This document shows positions 1 through 14,279 of a stretch of DNA of 64,000 nucleotides, one piece after another; position 1 is the stretch's first letter, and each line of letters begins with the position of its first letter. Origin of the DNA: Vicugna vicugna (taxonomy: Eukaryota); NCBI GenBank assembly GCA_013265495.1, contig MU058423.1:6300939-6364938 (forward strand), in the 5' to 3' direction. The notes beneath the pieces are model-generated. The model saw only the letters and a list, made by a program, of their open reading frames with translations. It had not been told where the DNA came from and searched no databases. The position numbers and the translations under genes were made by a program.

Positions 1-139
1 TTAACGAGTATATAATAATCCTGTGACTAATTATAGCAGCTGGACTTTTTTCTTTTTGAAGACTTTCAGAGACATACATTAGTCCCACCTTTCTTAGTGA
101 CAGCTCTCCTATTCCTGTTTCTATGATAATTCTAAGTCT

Positions 140-290
140 GTGGTGCTCAACACTGGCTACAGGGAGTTTTAAACACAGATAAAACTACACAGAAGCCGCT
201 ACCGGAGAGTCTGATTAAGTTCATCTGGGTAGGACAGAAAGCATTTTAGTTCTTGAAGTACTTCTGATACAGAGGCAGAATTGAGAATTT
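140..290. mobile_element. MER5-type (hAT-Charlie) DNA transposon remnant
   Basis: Begins gtggtgctcaacactggct, has internal 'gagtctgattaagttcatctggg' and ends 'gaattgagaa'; resembles the recalled MER5A consensus. Confidence 0.5.
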
Positions 291-1139
291 GGATTTTAAT
301 GAGTGAAGAGCCCATTTCATATACTAGCCCAACAGGGCCTTCCTTCTACCCACACCTGGTTATTAACACCTCATGTATCAACTCCACAAACCTGACCACC
401 ACTTTATAACCTTACAGCACTTAACTCCATATTCCCACTACAGCTTGCTCAGACCATCTCAATAGGAGGTGCTCATTAGGGGAGAAATCTGGAGGCAAAT
501 CTGCCCCCCCTGAGTATGTACTTCTCCTCCTTTTTGCGTATGGCTTTCTAACAACCTACTTTGCAGTTTCTGTGGGGCCAACTGACGTCCTTCAAAGTCC
601 AGTGACCCCCATTCCTGAGCTTTTAGGTGTCTGACATTCTTTCCTGGGCTTGTTTCCCTTAGCAAACTAACAGCCCTAGGGAACGCCTAAGCTCACAATA
701 GCTCAGGCTGGCTTGTTTCCGCCCACCTTATCATCAAAGCATCTCTTACAGCTGTTACTGTAGAGAAATAAGTCAACCAATCAGATCAAAAAGAATTTGA
801 TTCCTTTTTTTCCTTAATGCTAAATTGTATAATGTCCCTACTCATTCTCTTCTATGAAGTAACCAAGTCCAGCACGTGTACAAGAAAAAGACATAAGTCC
901 CTCTGGAAAGTATTAGAGTTTTCTCACCAGTTAAATGAATCGTGTGGATTCAATTACTTTACCAGTCACATTTCATGAGTGTCCTATCAATATCCCTCCC
1001 TCAGTGGCATCTTTGCACAAGGAGAATTTCAGGAACTTGGGTAAAGGAAAAAAATAAAAGAGGAACAGTCAAAAGCTACAGAACTGATATCTATCCTACA
1101 CGTTATCTATCTATCCATATATGATAGATAATATGTACG

Positions 1140-1265
1140 TTTTCTTAAAAGTTTTGTGTACAACATGGATTTATACATATGCCCAGACTCAAATTATGTA
1201 CATTAAATAGGTAGGGTTTTTTTTTTTAATGTCAATTATACCTCAATAAAGCTGTAAAAAAAAGA
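1140..1265 (+). mobile_element. old L1 (L1M) 3' end fragment
   Basis: 'atgtcaattatacctcaataaagctgtaaaaaaaa' is a typical L1M 3' terminus with polyA signal and A tail. Confidence 0.65.
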
Positions 1266-3819
1266 TAAATATCATGTAAATTTCAGTACTGTCCTGAGTA
1301 GTAATAATATAGTAAGAGTAATAACTAGTACTAGGAGTGTAATTGATAAAAATCTAGAATTCAGTGTTTGTAAATTAATCTCAACCCTTATTTTACTCCT
1401 ACCAGTAAAACTAAGAAATATTTCTTATTTAGAAAGAACCTCCAAATCATAGGCTTAACCAGTAACATTCTTATACCTGAGCAAGGGCCTAAGGAACCCA
1501 CTCTGGCCCTCCTCTGGGATTTTGACTCCCTGTGGAGCAGAGTCTGAGAGCTAAGGGACATTTCCATCTGGATCCTATGACTTCCCAAACTCCTTGTTCA
1601 AATGACTATTCCTACTTCCAGAGCCTACAGACTTCCGATGTTCAAATCACTACGCACGAAGCCAGACTATGTGTTGGTACTTGCATGTGTACAGACAGAG
1701 CTTGGACTGCAGAGACAAGGGAGCTACAGTCACGCACGTGAGTATGGACAAGAACATCATGGTCAAGACAGTGAGGATTTGGGAGACAAGAGCAGCAGAT
1801 TTGGGCCAGGGAACCAGATCCCCCTGTGATATCACATCCTGGTGAAACAAAACTCAGGTGTTTGAAATTCTGAACTTTAATCTGGCCTTCTTCTAGATGT
1901 TATGAAGAGCTAGTTGCTGAGGTCAGAATATTTGAATTTTTTTTCAATATTTGGAAATATAAGATGTGAGCCTTTATGGGCATCCTTGCTCTGGGCTCTG
2001 CAAACACAGACCTGGATTCTGATTGTCTGTAATTGGAGGGTCACAGTCTGGGCTATAAATTCTGAAGTGATGATATTGTCCATTGCATTGGGAAACCAAT
2101 GAAAACAACCTGGGGTAGAGTGAGGTCCAAAATTCATCAGAAGTGGCTGAGTCCTCAGTAAAAGCTCAGGCATTGTAGTGACTGAAAAAGCTACATTGAA
2201 TGCAACAGATAGTCTCCTATTTTCACTCTGCTTCTGAAGAAAATGTTTTTTTAAAATAAAATCCACATCTTGTAATTTTAATGATTTAAATTGTGTTATG
2301 TGCATTTTTTCAAGTTTCTAACAGTCTATCACCAAATTAAAATATATTTTAAAAAGTTTCACATGTGAAGACATTCATGGGAGAGGGAAAGAGTGAGGAG
2401 AAGGGGGAACTGAAATCCTTCCTGCAGGTGATTGAAATTCTGCTCCACAACCACTCTGTGTGGAGGTATAATTTTGTTATGAACATTTGGGTTTTGAAAT
2501 ATTTTTTCTTGTGTTTAAAATATTGATTCAGAAGTTGTTTATCCTCATTAAAATGTAGAGGCTATGTCTGTAAATACAGGCTAGATACAGCTGTTAAGAC
2601 GAAGAAAGTGTTGGGATTTTGACCATGTTCCCTAAATTAAAGTATTCATAGGCTGCCTTCTGGCAAATAGGAACTTAATAAATCTAGGCTTAAGAGAAAG
2701 GAGGAACCCAATTTCTCTTGAACATAATATAAGTTGAGTGGGCCCATGTTTATTTTGTGCCCCTGGCCCTTCTTCATCCTTTGGCTCTGGAGGCCTCCTG
2801 CACCATCTAGCCATATTTCCCAGGTCTCTCCCCAGATTTATGCCTTATGCAGTGGGCCATCTCCATTCTCTAAACATTTCTCAGAGTTTGTATTAATTAC
2901 TAAAAATAGCTGTTAAGAGTCAAACTTTTGATGCTCTTCAGGGCATCTTCAGTTTTGGAGTCAGTATGAGCTTACCCTCAATATTCAAAATCAGAAATGC
3001 TTACCATATTTCCCCAGAACATCTCAATAGCTTAATCTGGCCCCACTGTTACCCCTGGAGTCTGCCTGTGTTGCTGATTTCTTTCTTCATTATATTGAAC
3101 ACTAGAGGCATTTATGTAACAAGTAGGACATGAATGCTGACCATTTAATCTCTTTGTATTATGTTATAGTTCATTTGCTTATCACCAGGGTGGATGGCTG
3201 AACTGTGCTGCCCCCATGCAATCCCCAAAATGTTGCTAAATCATTAAACACTGGTATTCTGAGAACTGTTTAAGTATATTTAAAAAGTGTTACTATCTTA
3301 CTGCTTTATTTCTTAAATGAATCCCATGTGAATCAGATATACACAAAATGGGTGAGGTAAAGAAGCCACAAATTTGGTTCTAAATTTTCAGGTAATGAAC
3401 AGAAGGCAGAAAAGATCATTCTGAAACACAGATAAATATACCCCCTAAAAATATATAATACCTACCCTTCAGTTTCTGCAGTGACTTTTTAAAATGTCAA
3501 AAACAAAGTAAGAAAATCCACCATTCCTCATGAAGTACTATTGCCAATATTTACAATGACTTCCAAAGCAAAAGGGGTGATGGTTAAGTCGCCCTGTTAG
3601 TAGTTTAAGACTCAATTCTCAGTTTTACAAGCCCATTTAGGAATGCTGCTGCATGCTTCTTTCCTACCTCCAAACTTTGGAATTGCCATGGCCCTTCCTC
3701 TACTTCATTCCCCAATGGGAAAAGAAAAATGTAATCTTAGTGCTAGGTAAACATGGGATCTGCTCACAAATTAAGAGAATGCTTCATTTTTTCTTCAACC
3801 CTGCTCATCTATTAATTTA

Positions 3820-6500
3820 TTTCTTCATTAATTTAATGTTTCAATGAATACTACATGATTATCTATATGCACTGTTGTAGACATAAACAAAATAAAACCA
3901 CTGCCCACATGGAACTTACACTCTAATGGGTGGTAGGCAGCAGAAGTAGGGATAAAAGGCATAACAAACCCATAAGTGAAATACACAGTTTGTCAGATGG
4001 TAAAAATATTGCTAAAATTACGGCAGAGAAGAGAAGTATAAAGTGCTATCTGAAATACTGTGGCCAGTAGAGGCCTTGTTGAGATAGTAACATTTTAAAG
4101 AGTGAGTGAAAATCAAAGGGTTAGGAATATAGTGATTGAAACTCAGAGAGATGAAAGGCAAGATCACAGAAGTCAGCAGGAGCCAAACAGTGTAAATAAA
4201 CCATTGTAAAAATTTCAGTACTCACCTAGATAAGAATTCAGTGGACGATTTTCAGCAAAGGAGTGGCTTTGTTACTGAATCAAACTTGGGTCCACTCGCC
4301 TGCGTGCTATGAAGCCAGTCTATTGACACTGGGCTGTGGTGAAGGATACAAGGCATCCCGGGATAGCTAGTGCTCAAAAAACCCCAAACCCTTCGATGGG
4401 CTTCAGGGAGGCGTTTTTAAAGATGAGGGAAGAGAGTCCCTAGGTATGTAATCAGTTCGTGCACAACTCTGATTGGTTGATGGTGAGATAACAGGGCGGT
4501 GTCACTGGGTTAACAAGATCAATCCTCAGGCTCCAGTAGGTCTACCTATGTGCTCATGGTCATCAAGTAGTTAATTTCTTTCGTTTGGTGGGGGTTTTGG
4601 CATCTGTAAAACAACTCAGGAAATCTGCATCAGATACTTTATCTAGGTACTTCAGAAAGGAGGTAAAGCTAAGGCTATGGGGGAGGGCTCTGCCCCCGGA
4701 AACCCCATAGGGTCTTACTTGGTTACAGTTTGTATTTCAAATGAATCATAGGGTTGTTGTATTGAAAACAAACTGAAGTGAGAGGCAAAGTAGAAATTGG
4801 GAGACTAGATAAGATGTTATCACAACAAACAATGTGAGGGATGATTGTGCCTTGGATCAGGTGACAGCAGTGGAAGAGTAAGGAAGAGCCCAGCTGACAT
4901 GATTTATGGATGGATTGTATAGGGTGGTTAAGAAGGAGATAAACTGGCTGACTGTAAGGACTTGTGGTAAAAGAAATGGGGGAAAATGGAGTTTCCATAA
5001 ACCAAGTGGAAGGAAAATTGGAGGAGGAACAAATGGTACTGGAAGGAAAAATCCGTAACACATATTAGGGGCATGTTATGCTTGAAATGCCTATTGACCA
5101 TGCAGGTAGAGATCTCAAGTAGGCAGCAAAAGTCACAAATGTGGGGTTAGGAGAAAGATCTGGTCTATGCATATATAACTTGGGGGTTCTCAGGATGTTG
5201 GTTTTATATGTAGCCATGAAACTGGATGAGACCACAGGAGAGGATGCAAAACAATTTCATTACTAAAATCTTCAAACAGAAAGGCTTGATAACTGTAGCA
5301 AGAAAATGAGCAGGAAAACAAACAAACAAAAAAAGCTGAAAAAGAGACACTAGGGCAGAATCACAAAAGGGAACATGAACTCTAGAAAGCAGAGTGAACT
5401 GCAGGATGTGAAATTATGAAATAGTCATCCAGCAGCATGGAAGGGTTGATGGACTAAGGCCCATCTGAAGGTAGTGGACTGCATATAAAGAAAGCACAGG
5501 CTGGCTGAGTGTCTATGTTTTCTCCAGTTACATTCATCTGTGATGGTGCAGGCTCAAAGCAGGCAAAAACTGATTTTATTTCATTTTATTTTTTTAGAGT
5601 TGGAGCTTTAGCGGGGAAGTTATGAAAATGGACAGAATGGCAATGAGTTTGAGAGTGTAATTACTTAAGATAGCAAAGGAGCGAAAATAAAGACCTGAGG
5701 GGGATAAAGAATAACAAGAGGATACAGTACTTGTCCTGGAAGGGTCAAGGAAATGTTGGGGTCAGAGTGTGAGAGGAAGTCACCTGGTAAAAGAGTGAAT
5801 GTGAATCTCTGTGCTAGAAACTGAGATTATGAAAGAGTGTGATTATTGTTAATGACAAACTGAAGGCATCACTATGGGTAGGACTGAGTAGCTCAAGAAG
5901 GTTTCGTAACTAGGACCAGGCTTAAGGACAACAATGTATCGGATACTGACACCAAGAGTTACGGCAGGAGAGACGTCGGAGGTCAACAAGGAGCCAGTCA
6001 CCAAAATCTTCAAGAAGGGAAGGGAGGCCTGAGGAGGCAGTGAGTAGATAAATGCTGTTGGAGAGCCGATAGGTGATACAGTCTGATGATATAAGATTCA
6101 AAGTGAGTGACCTCATATCCCACCCTGGGAGACAGGTTCCCAAAAGAGAATTAGCCAATTAGCTCTACAGGAATTAGAAAACTGAGTGTTGGTAACAATT
6201 GAAGTAAATGGGACACATACTGCAGGAGCTGAGGTAAAGATAATATAGTCTGGAGTTCCATAAATAAATGAAGATAATAAAATATGTATATTTTAAAATT
6301 AGGCGACAGAATGGGTGTGTCTGAATAGATGGTGTTGAATAATCTGTTCAGTTTGGGACACACTCAGCCTGAGATGCCTATAGTACATGTACAAGCCAAC
6401 CAGAGCCTGAAACACGGTTCTTGGGCTCAAGCAGATGATAAAACAATGGGAATCAGTGGTGACAACAAACGATAGAGACCCATGGAAAAATCCTTAAGTG
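3820..6500 (-). mobile_element. L2 LINE fragments (3' end near 3820; endonuclease remnant about 5850-6150), interrupted by an LTR at 4270-4727
   Basis: ttcatt...tcaatgaat L2 tail and L2 3' motifs on both sides of the LTR; minus ORF 5922-6158 'CITYRLSN...PSLLEDFGDWLL' resembles L2 APE endonuclease 'IYRPP...SFLEDFSSWL'. Confidence 0.7.
4270..4727 (-). mobile_element. solo LTR, ERV1 class
   Basis: TGTTAC...GTTACA termini; 4-bp flanks gctt/gttt (one mismatch); minus-strand CCAAT (ctgattggttg); L2 sequence resumes on both sides. Confidence 0.8.
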
Positions 6501-6949
6501 AATCGTAGGCTTTGAGACTTTAGAAGCGAAGAACAGCCCAATAAAACTTTTGTCGAAATCATTTGTATTATTAAAATAGTATCATTAGCAGTGGTGGTGG
6601 TAGTGAGTGGTAGTGATGGTAACAGAACTGAAATATTAATTATAAGGAAGAGTTGAATTAAGAGCTATTGTCCCACAGGTTTACTAAAAAACACATCCTA
6701 TATTTTATTCAGTTATGTTAATCATAACAAGCACATTGCCTGACTCCAAATAGGCATGCAAAACAAAAGAGGAATGAGTGAAAAAAAATTCTGAATGTTT
6801 TCTCTGGAAGAGTTGACCAAAGCTGCACATAACAGCTTGAATGAAGTTCAAGAGGCATTTAACTCACCCTTGGTCCCAAAGTTTTGCCCTTTTATGCTTA
6901 GAGTAGTTTGGTGACTTGTGTTCAATTCAGGTCTTTCCTATTTTCTTGA

Positions 6950-7060
6950 AGCCAATCACTAGGATGATCAGAGTCATGTCAGGGGAGCAGGAAGAGAAGG
7001 TCTGCGTAAAGACAATGAAAGTGTCACGCCCACTGTTGTCTGGCTGTAACCATGGTAACC
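6950..7060. promoter_or_regulatory. candidate promoter/enhancer: CCAAT box, KLF/SP box, RFX X-box
   Basis: AGCCAATCA at about 6950-6958, CACGCCCAC at 7025-7033 and GTAACCATGGTAAC at 7046-7059, in sequence I do not recognise as a repeat. Confidence 0.35.
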
Positions 7061-10000
7061 AAATAAGCTTAAGTAGGGAGTGTTCTCCTGGGATTGTCCT
7101 GGTCGTCTTCCTCAGGCCACGACTCCACACCTGTGTAAATCCCAGTGGTGAATATAGTTGAAGCTCAAGCTGAAATTCTCAACACAGGGATTTTGCAGAT
7201 GGGGAAAAATGTAATTTAGCTAAGCTGTTACTTGTAAAGAGCCAGGTAACTAATAAATTGTAGCGCCTTTATTTTTTGTGATACTCGTTGAAGTCAAAGT
7301 CCAAGCCTTGTCCATAGAATATATGTCATTATGTACATTAGAACTAAACAATATTCTTAAAACATATCCAATTTATAGTGATTTAAAATTTCCCTGTATA
7401 CCTTGTACCTCTGTTGGCAAAAATAGCCCTTATTCTTAAAGGGTATAAACCAAATGTAAATTTTCTAGGTAGGCTCCATGATACCAAATCATTTTAAAAA
7501 CGCTTCATGTATGCAATGGGATTTGTCATATATATTACGCCCACAATAGAATATAATGAGCTGATATCAATAATTTGGAAAAGTTAGACTTTGAGACAAT
7601 GGTTCACGTTTCCATTATTTATATAAATTTGCCACAATTCAGAACATGTGAACTATATTAAAGTCTTAGTTAAATTATATGATGAATTTGTACTCTGCCA
7701 ACGTGTGTGTGTATGTGTGTGGTAATAACTTTTGTTAATTTATCAGAGTTTAACTCATTTTTAAGAAACTATTAGAAAGAGTTAACTGTGACATGTTTTA
7801 AGTTGCTTATGATTTAGAGATGTTTGACAAACTAAAAATAGAAAAATGCCATTCACTATAACACTTAAAATAACCATGTGCCACATATTGATTTTTTTGT
7901 TTTTGTTTTTTTTTCCACTCAAATATTTTAATTCCAGTTACATCAAGCATGCTTATATTTCAGACAACTATCTTTAAAGTGAAAGAATGTTTTACACCTC
8001 TCAAAATCTTCACCCTTAATGATAGCCAATAAATAATATGCTTTACATTTTTATATACTTGACAAGTATTTTCTGTTAGAGAAAATTGTATTCAAATTTA
8101 TTTTATTTTTACATGTAAATTTTTCAATATCTAAAATAACGTTTGCTATCCATGTGGCATTTGTTTTATAATCTTAAAATTCATTGGAAGACTCTAAACT
8201 TTTACATGTAACAAAATTCTACTCCAGAAAGTGTTACTTTGGTTCTGATAAATTATTATGCAGGCTTCTAAAACTTGGAGAAAAACACCCAAGGGGATTA
8301 CCCAACGTTGGTAAATGAAATGTCACCTATATTTAATATCTAAGGGAATCGTACGTAAGTTCCTTTTTTAATTCGTTATAGTTTGGTTTATTTTCTGATA
8401 TCATATTTTAAAATGGTGACATGTCTTTGTGTTTTATATTAGGCTAATCCAGATAGTCTAATCTACTGTAAAAGTGTTTAAGGCTAATGAGTAGCAACTA
8501 GATAGGCTATGAGATAGAATGGGAAAAAAACAGATCTGAAAGGGGCTCAAATTTAATAGATGTTGGACTAACAACTTCTTTAAAATCTGAAATGTGCAGA
8601 GACTTGATGTTTAAATGGGGCAGATTTTATAAATGAGTGTGGAGATGTGATTGAACACAGTGGGGAAACACTGTATTTTCCTTTTGGTTGTGGTCCTTAT
8701 TAAAAAGAAAATAGCAAAAGATTCTTGCCTGGTAAAATATATCAAACACGTGTGCCTCTTTAAGTTTTCAAACTTGGTAGAGGGGATGAGAAAGAATATG
8801 TCAGTAATGAAATGAATCTTGAACTTCAGCAATGAAGGTAATGTGATGCTTTGAATGAACAGACATCTTGTTTGACCAGAAATAATCATGGTTCCAATTT
8901 CTTATCAAACATGTTAGTTTCTTGCTGTCAGAGAATGCTACTCCATTTCTGATATTTCAGCATCAGTCTTTTGCTATTACAAAACCAATGCCGTCGGCTG
9001 TCAGGACTTCACAGTTTCAATTGGAAGACTTATCTGTCTTCGGCAGGATTAGACAGAAATGCTTCTCATTCAGAGGCTGCTCCTGTTGCAGGCGGCAGCA
9101 GCCCCAGGAAATTTGAGAACATTAGCTTCAAAGGACCTGTCTGCCACCCTTCTGACAGGCTGCTCTGCAAAGTACCTTCCAATCGTCTGCTCCCTGGGCG
9201 CTTTATTCTGCATCTTAAATATGTGTTCTTGGCATTACATATAAACTTCAGCAATTTCTCTATTTTACTGTTATTTACACGTATACCAGAACAAGCCATA
9301 CATTTTCACTCAATTGGCATTATTCATTTCTGGTAAATTGCATAAAAGCCACGGGGAAAGATGATAGACAATGTGCCTCAGATAAACCTAATGTCAGTTG
9401 GATAGATCAAAACAACAGAGTGAATGAGAATCTTATACCAATGGCCTGTAACTTTAACACAGTATTCTCCTTTAAAGAAAATGGTAACTAGTAGCTTCAG
9501 TTATTATTTGATATTTACAATACAGAGGGGTTGTCAGAGGAGCCTGGTGAGGAGCTTGACGAGAAGTCATGGTGTTTTAGTTATTCGACAAAAATAAAAG
9601 CAGTAATTACTTTGGTTCTTCAGAAAGGGTGCAAACTGCTTCCAAGGGTTACATCTGCATTCTCCCTTCCTATTTTGTCCTTTCTATCTTCTAGGCCCCT
9701 CCCTCCTTTTCCCAATGAAGCCGCTAGAGGTCAAAGGTGCCCTTGTGTGTTTCCTTTTCCCAGCAGACTACATCTCTTGGTATTTATGCGCCTCTAAAAT
9801 TTTATTAAGTGCTTTATAATCTAGTCATTGAATATTTTATTACTCCATAAAATCTGCAAACATCTCTGCTCAAAAAATCCCAACCCTTTCTCTAGCATGA
9901 GAAAATAGCCTGTAACACTGAAAAATGTCAGTGACTACAGCTGGATTTGCCTGTTTGTTTTGGTGGAGACAAAATCTATAGAGATGGCTCTTTTAATTCT

Positions 10001-12514
10001 CATCTTTAACACACTGTGCTGGTAAATCAGAGGTTCTATCTGGGTTTTTGTCATTATTTTTGCAGTCATTTCTTGTGGGTTTATTTTGGCCACCACACTT
10101 TCAAAAGGATTCCAGCTGATGAGTTAGTAGTATATTTCACCATCTCAGTGTCTTTGTAAGAAACAATTCAGGGTCTTTTTTCCTTATTTAGATACATTTA
10201 AAATAGCCTTCGAAGGCATAATCATATAAAGCAGTTCATGGAACAATGATAATCAGAAGCTCCTATTGTGGAAAAAAAGATAATTTTGCATCCTATATAC
10301 TTTGCTTCAAAGAGAGGTAAAAGATTGTCTTTCTCAATTAATACACAATTTTAATAGTATAAGGTATAATGTAATCTATGGCTTTATAGCCCGAAGTAAA
10401 TGGAAATCTAACAAACCACTGCTTAATTTGATCAATGGAAATAACTATACTGGATAATTGCTATTTAATACTGATTTATTTCTCATGAGGGCCCAAGAAA
10501 ATATACAAAGCAAACATGTGGCTCTGTCTCCAAGGGACTTACTTCACATTCACAGATTTGATTATTATTAACTACCTTGCCCTCATACACATTTGTAGTT
10601 ATCCCCACTAAAACAGTTACTAATTACATTAGGTTTTTCTCATAGGAATTTTGTTTTCAATTCTATAATTATCTTTAGGGCTTTTCTCTGGCAAAGTCTT
10701 CCTTATCTCAGGTAAGCAGCAGAATCTAAATTTAAAACAACACAAAGATGTTATTAGCTTATTGTCCACCATAAAGTTTTCATTTCTCTCTACATTACAT
10801 AATACGGATCCAGGTAATTTATTTAGAAAGCATTTATCGAGTGTTTAGTTTCTCCTAGGAATTAAGAGTTATGTCAATTCTGTAAGGAACTCACAATTTG
10901 TGAATGAAGGAGGACATAAAATGCCTAATTTTAATAAGGTTTATGTCACACTGTCATTAGGAATTAAGGGGAACACAGAGGAAGATCAATTCATTCCAAA
11001 AGGGGTGGCAAAGATTTACACAGAGGGCCCCCATAAAGGACACATATCAGTGAATTTAAAAAGATATTTCATCTTTGTTTAAGTGCAGTTCTTCTAAAAT
11101 GAAACTCCTTCTGCTGTATGCGTGCATGTGTGCAGACAAAAAATATTACTGGACAAGAGATCAAGGAAATTTTTTTTTCTTTTGGACCATAAACTGCAGA
11201 TTATATAACTAGTATTTTGAGAATGACTTTGGACTGAGGTTTGGTACACCCTTTGTACTACTAGAGAAACAGTCGAGGAATCGGTTGCCTATCCAGTAAA
11301 TGGGGTGGTGGGACTTAATGTCCCAAATGTATAGGAAATTTGGCCCTGCTAACTACTTCATTTATATGTCCCTGAACTTACTACAAATACTCATACCCAT
11401 CATCAAGAAAGAAAACACAAATGAATTGGAGGTGCTCCATTCTTATGTTTGTCTGAATGTTCAATACTTGAATACGGAGAATTTTTAATTTAAAAAAAAT
11501 CATCAAATATATATCAGCCTGAAATAATAATATGCATATACTAAGCTTGCTACTTTTTGTAACCACTCATGTTCATTGCCTTTGACGTATGTAATTCCAA
11601 TATGCCTGTTTTAGAAGTCGACCTCGCTGTAAAATGAAATCTTTAGGAGAGAATAACAGCTGAAAAGAAGACACAGTTCTAATATTATCATAGAATATGA
11701 TCTATTTTCATTTATGATGACGATCCAATCTTTTTCTTCCCTCAGTGTCATTCTCTAAATAGTCAAGCAGCTTATTCTCTAATATTTAGTGCCTCTCTAA
11801 GTTGTTTCTTATTAGAAATTGTATTGCTTAAAACTGACATTTTCCTAATAGTCGTATGGTTTTTCCTACATTTTATATCATTAAAAATTATGCATGCTTC
11901 AACAACAGTCTATCCCAGCTGAGTCATATCGATGTAAATAAAAATGCAAAGAGGCAAAGTCGATAATATTACCAAAAAATTGGTGTTTAGGGTGTAATAT
12001 GGAGATTCATCCTGCACAGATGTTCAGCAGAAATGAGATCTGCACCTCAATTGAGTCAGAGTATTACCTGTTTTATTGCTCTGCCTCTGTATGGCAGGCA
12101 AGGGTAGAGAGACTGTGACCTTGAATGCATCACAGAAGAGCATGCTGCTTCAGAATTAAAAAAAAAAAATCACTGCTCAAAGGCAAGTATGTTCAAAGAG
12201 TAAGAAAAAAATGCAATAATAAAAAGGTTAAAAGTTAAAAAAATTAAGCTAACAAACATAGCAATATCTAGTGTTTAGATCTAGGGTGGCAGCTGTGCAT
12301 GCATAAATTTACTCAAGATAAAAGAAGTGAAAGACAAGATATTTTATTTTTTTCAGTGAAACTGGGGATTCAAAGAATGTACAAGTCCCTACAACTTCTG
12401 CAATTATCCACAATGTGATTATTGTCCATTTTATCTGGGAGGGTCACTCGAAGGTATTTGATTTTGTGTAGTTTATAGCCAACTCACTTTCTTCCTGAAT
12501 GTATGTTTGTCTGC

Positions 12515-12558
12515 TTGTCTGTCTGTCTATCTATCTATCTATCTATCTATCTTATCTA
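12515..12558. repeat. (TCTG)n(TCTA)n microsatellite
   Basis: direct reading. Confidence 0.9.
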
Positions 12559-14279
12559 CAAATATTTAAAGCTGAGATCTTTCAATTCCTAATGCTTTGA
12601 ATATGATAGGAACAGTAGTCACCAGATAACTTCAAAAGGGACAAAGGTAATTTCTAATGAAATTTGAGCAACATCACTGCTACCTCCACCACACGAGTGG
12701 GCGTGCACACACACACATGCAAACACAGCCTCTGTTATTTCCCTAAACCCAAGAAAGCCACCTTCCTAACCTCCGTCCTTTATTTCAGCTTGACTTTCCT
12801 TCCACTCGCTAGGTATGTAAGGGAACTGTAGCATTAATTAGGCATTAAAGAGAAATACTTCTTTCAATTTGACATTTCTTTCCATTATGTATATAAGCTT
12901 TGTCACCAATAGACATAGCCAACATTTTTATATCACAGTATGGATATATCTCACCAGAATGAAGCCTGGAACTCACGTCTCCTCAAGCAGAAATTGGACT
13001 TTTTATTCCTCTCAAAAACTTTATCTCAGCAACTATAGTTGTCCAGGAGAATCTCAACACATCTTACACATTTCCTATTTTGGTGAATATATTGACGGGA
13101 CCACGTCACGTCATCAGAATATGCAAGTGCAGTTTACCATGACACATCCCAGTGGAACTTTAAAACCCTTACTAGCCACATCTCCTCTCCTTCAAGTGGA
13201 GAATTTAAAAGAAGGCCACTGTTTCTCTGGATGTCCTCTTTTTTTCTCACACTTGAACCATGAATTGCCGATAAACTTACTCCTCATTTTTAGAACAAAT
13301 CAATTTTCTTCTAATCCCAAGGAAAACAACTTCAGCATTTTTGTTGAAGCAGAGATATCAGTTTAGTCATCCCATGTGAACTTTCATGTGAAGGGAAGCT
13401 TGTCAAATCAAATCTACAAATTTTAAAATGATGTATCTCTTCCTAATATGAGCCCATATATTGCCTGATGAAAATATTATTCTTGTCTTTGGTTCTATTA
13501 AAATTTTATATGTTTATTTTTATTTATAAAACAAATATCTCCAAGGTGTTACAAGAATCACCTAAAATGTAATCAAGACAGGCTACCTGTAGTAGGCTGT
13601 ACTTTGATTGAGGATTAAAAAACAGTAAGTATGATCTCAAGAACTAGAGAAGCAATAGCCAAAAGGCTCAAGTCTATCTGGCAGAGAATTTATGTAGAAG
13701 GATCCTAGGAAACATGACTGAATAGAATGCCAGGTTTTGAAGACAAATTTAATATGTAAGCCAATAAAGACTTATAGGATAATAATCAGAAAAAACATGT
13801 AAACAATATATCTCTATGAAAAGTAACTATCTTCTGTTTGTGTGAGAGGTTTATTAGTTGAAAAATAATGCAAAAATACTAAGAAGTTTCCAGAAGGCCT
13901 TTCTGAGACAGCTGGAGGACTCTGGACAAGGATGACGGCTGAAACCCATCTGATGAATCCTCTAAGCACTCAGTACCAAGCTGAAAGCATCTTATGTACT
14001 AGAAGTGGTAAATAGACAAGGACCCCAATTTCAGATCGTTTTTCTCTATTATCTCATTCCTGTTACAAGAACAAATATCTTCAATGTCTGCATCTTTACC
14101 TTCAAGATCGGTAAAACTAGAAATATGTATATGATAAATATGGAAGAATATATATGTGTATATGAGCATGTATATGCATAAGCACATACATTACATACAC
14201 ATGTTTTTACATTTTTGTATGTACGTATATGATAAAACAATACAAAAATAAAAGCAAGAGCGAGAGAGATTTCCATTTC

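Noticed and set aside
12869..13366. 165-aa plus-strand ORF
   Set aside because: Non-ATG start, no recognisable domain, AT-rich composition and no convincing splice context; consistent with chance.
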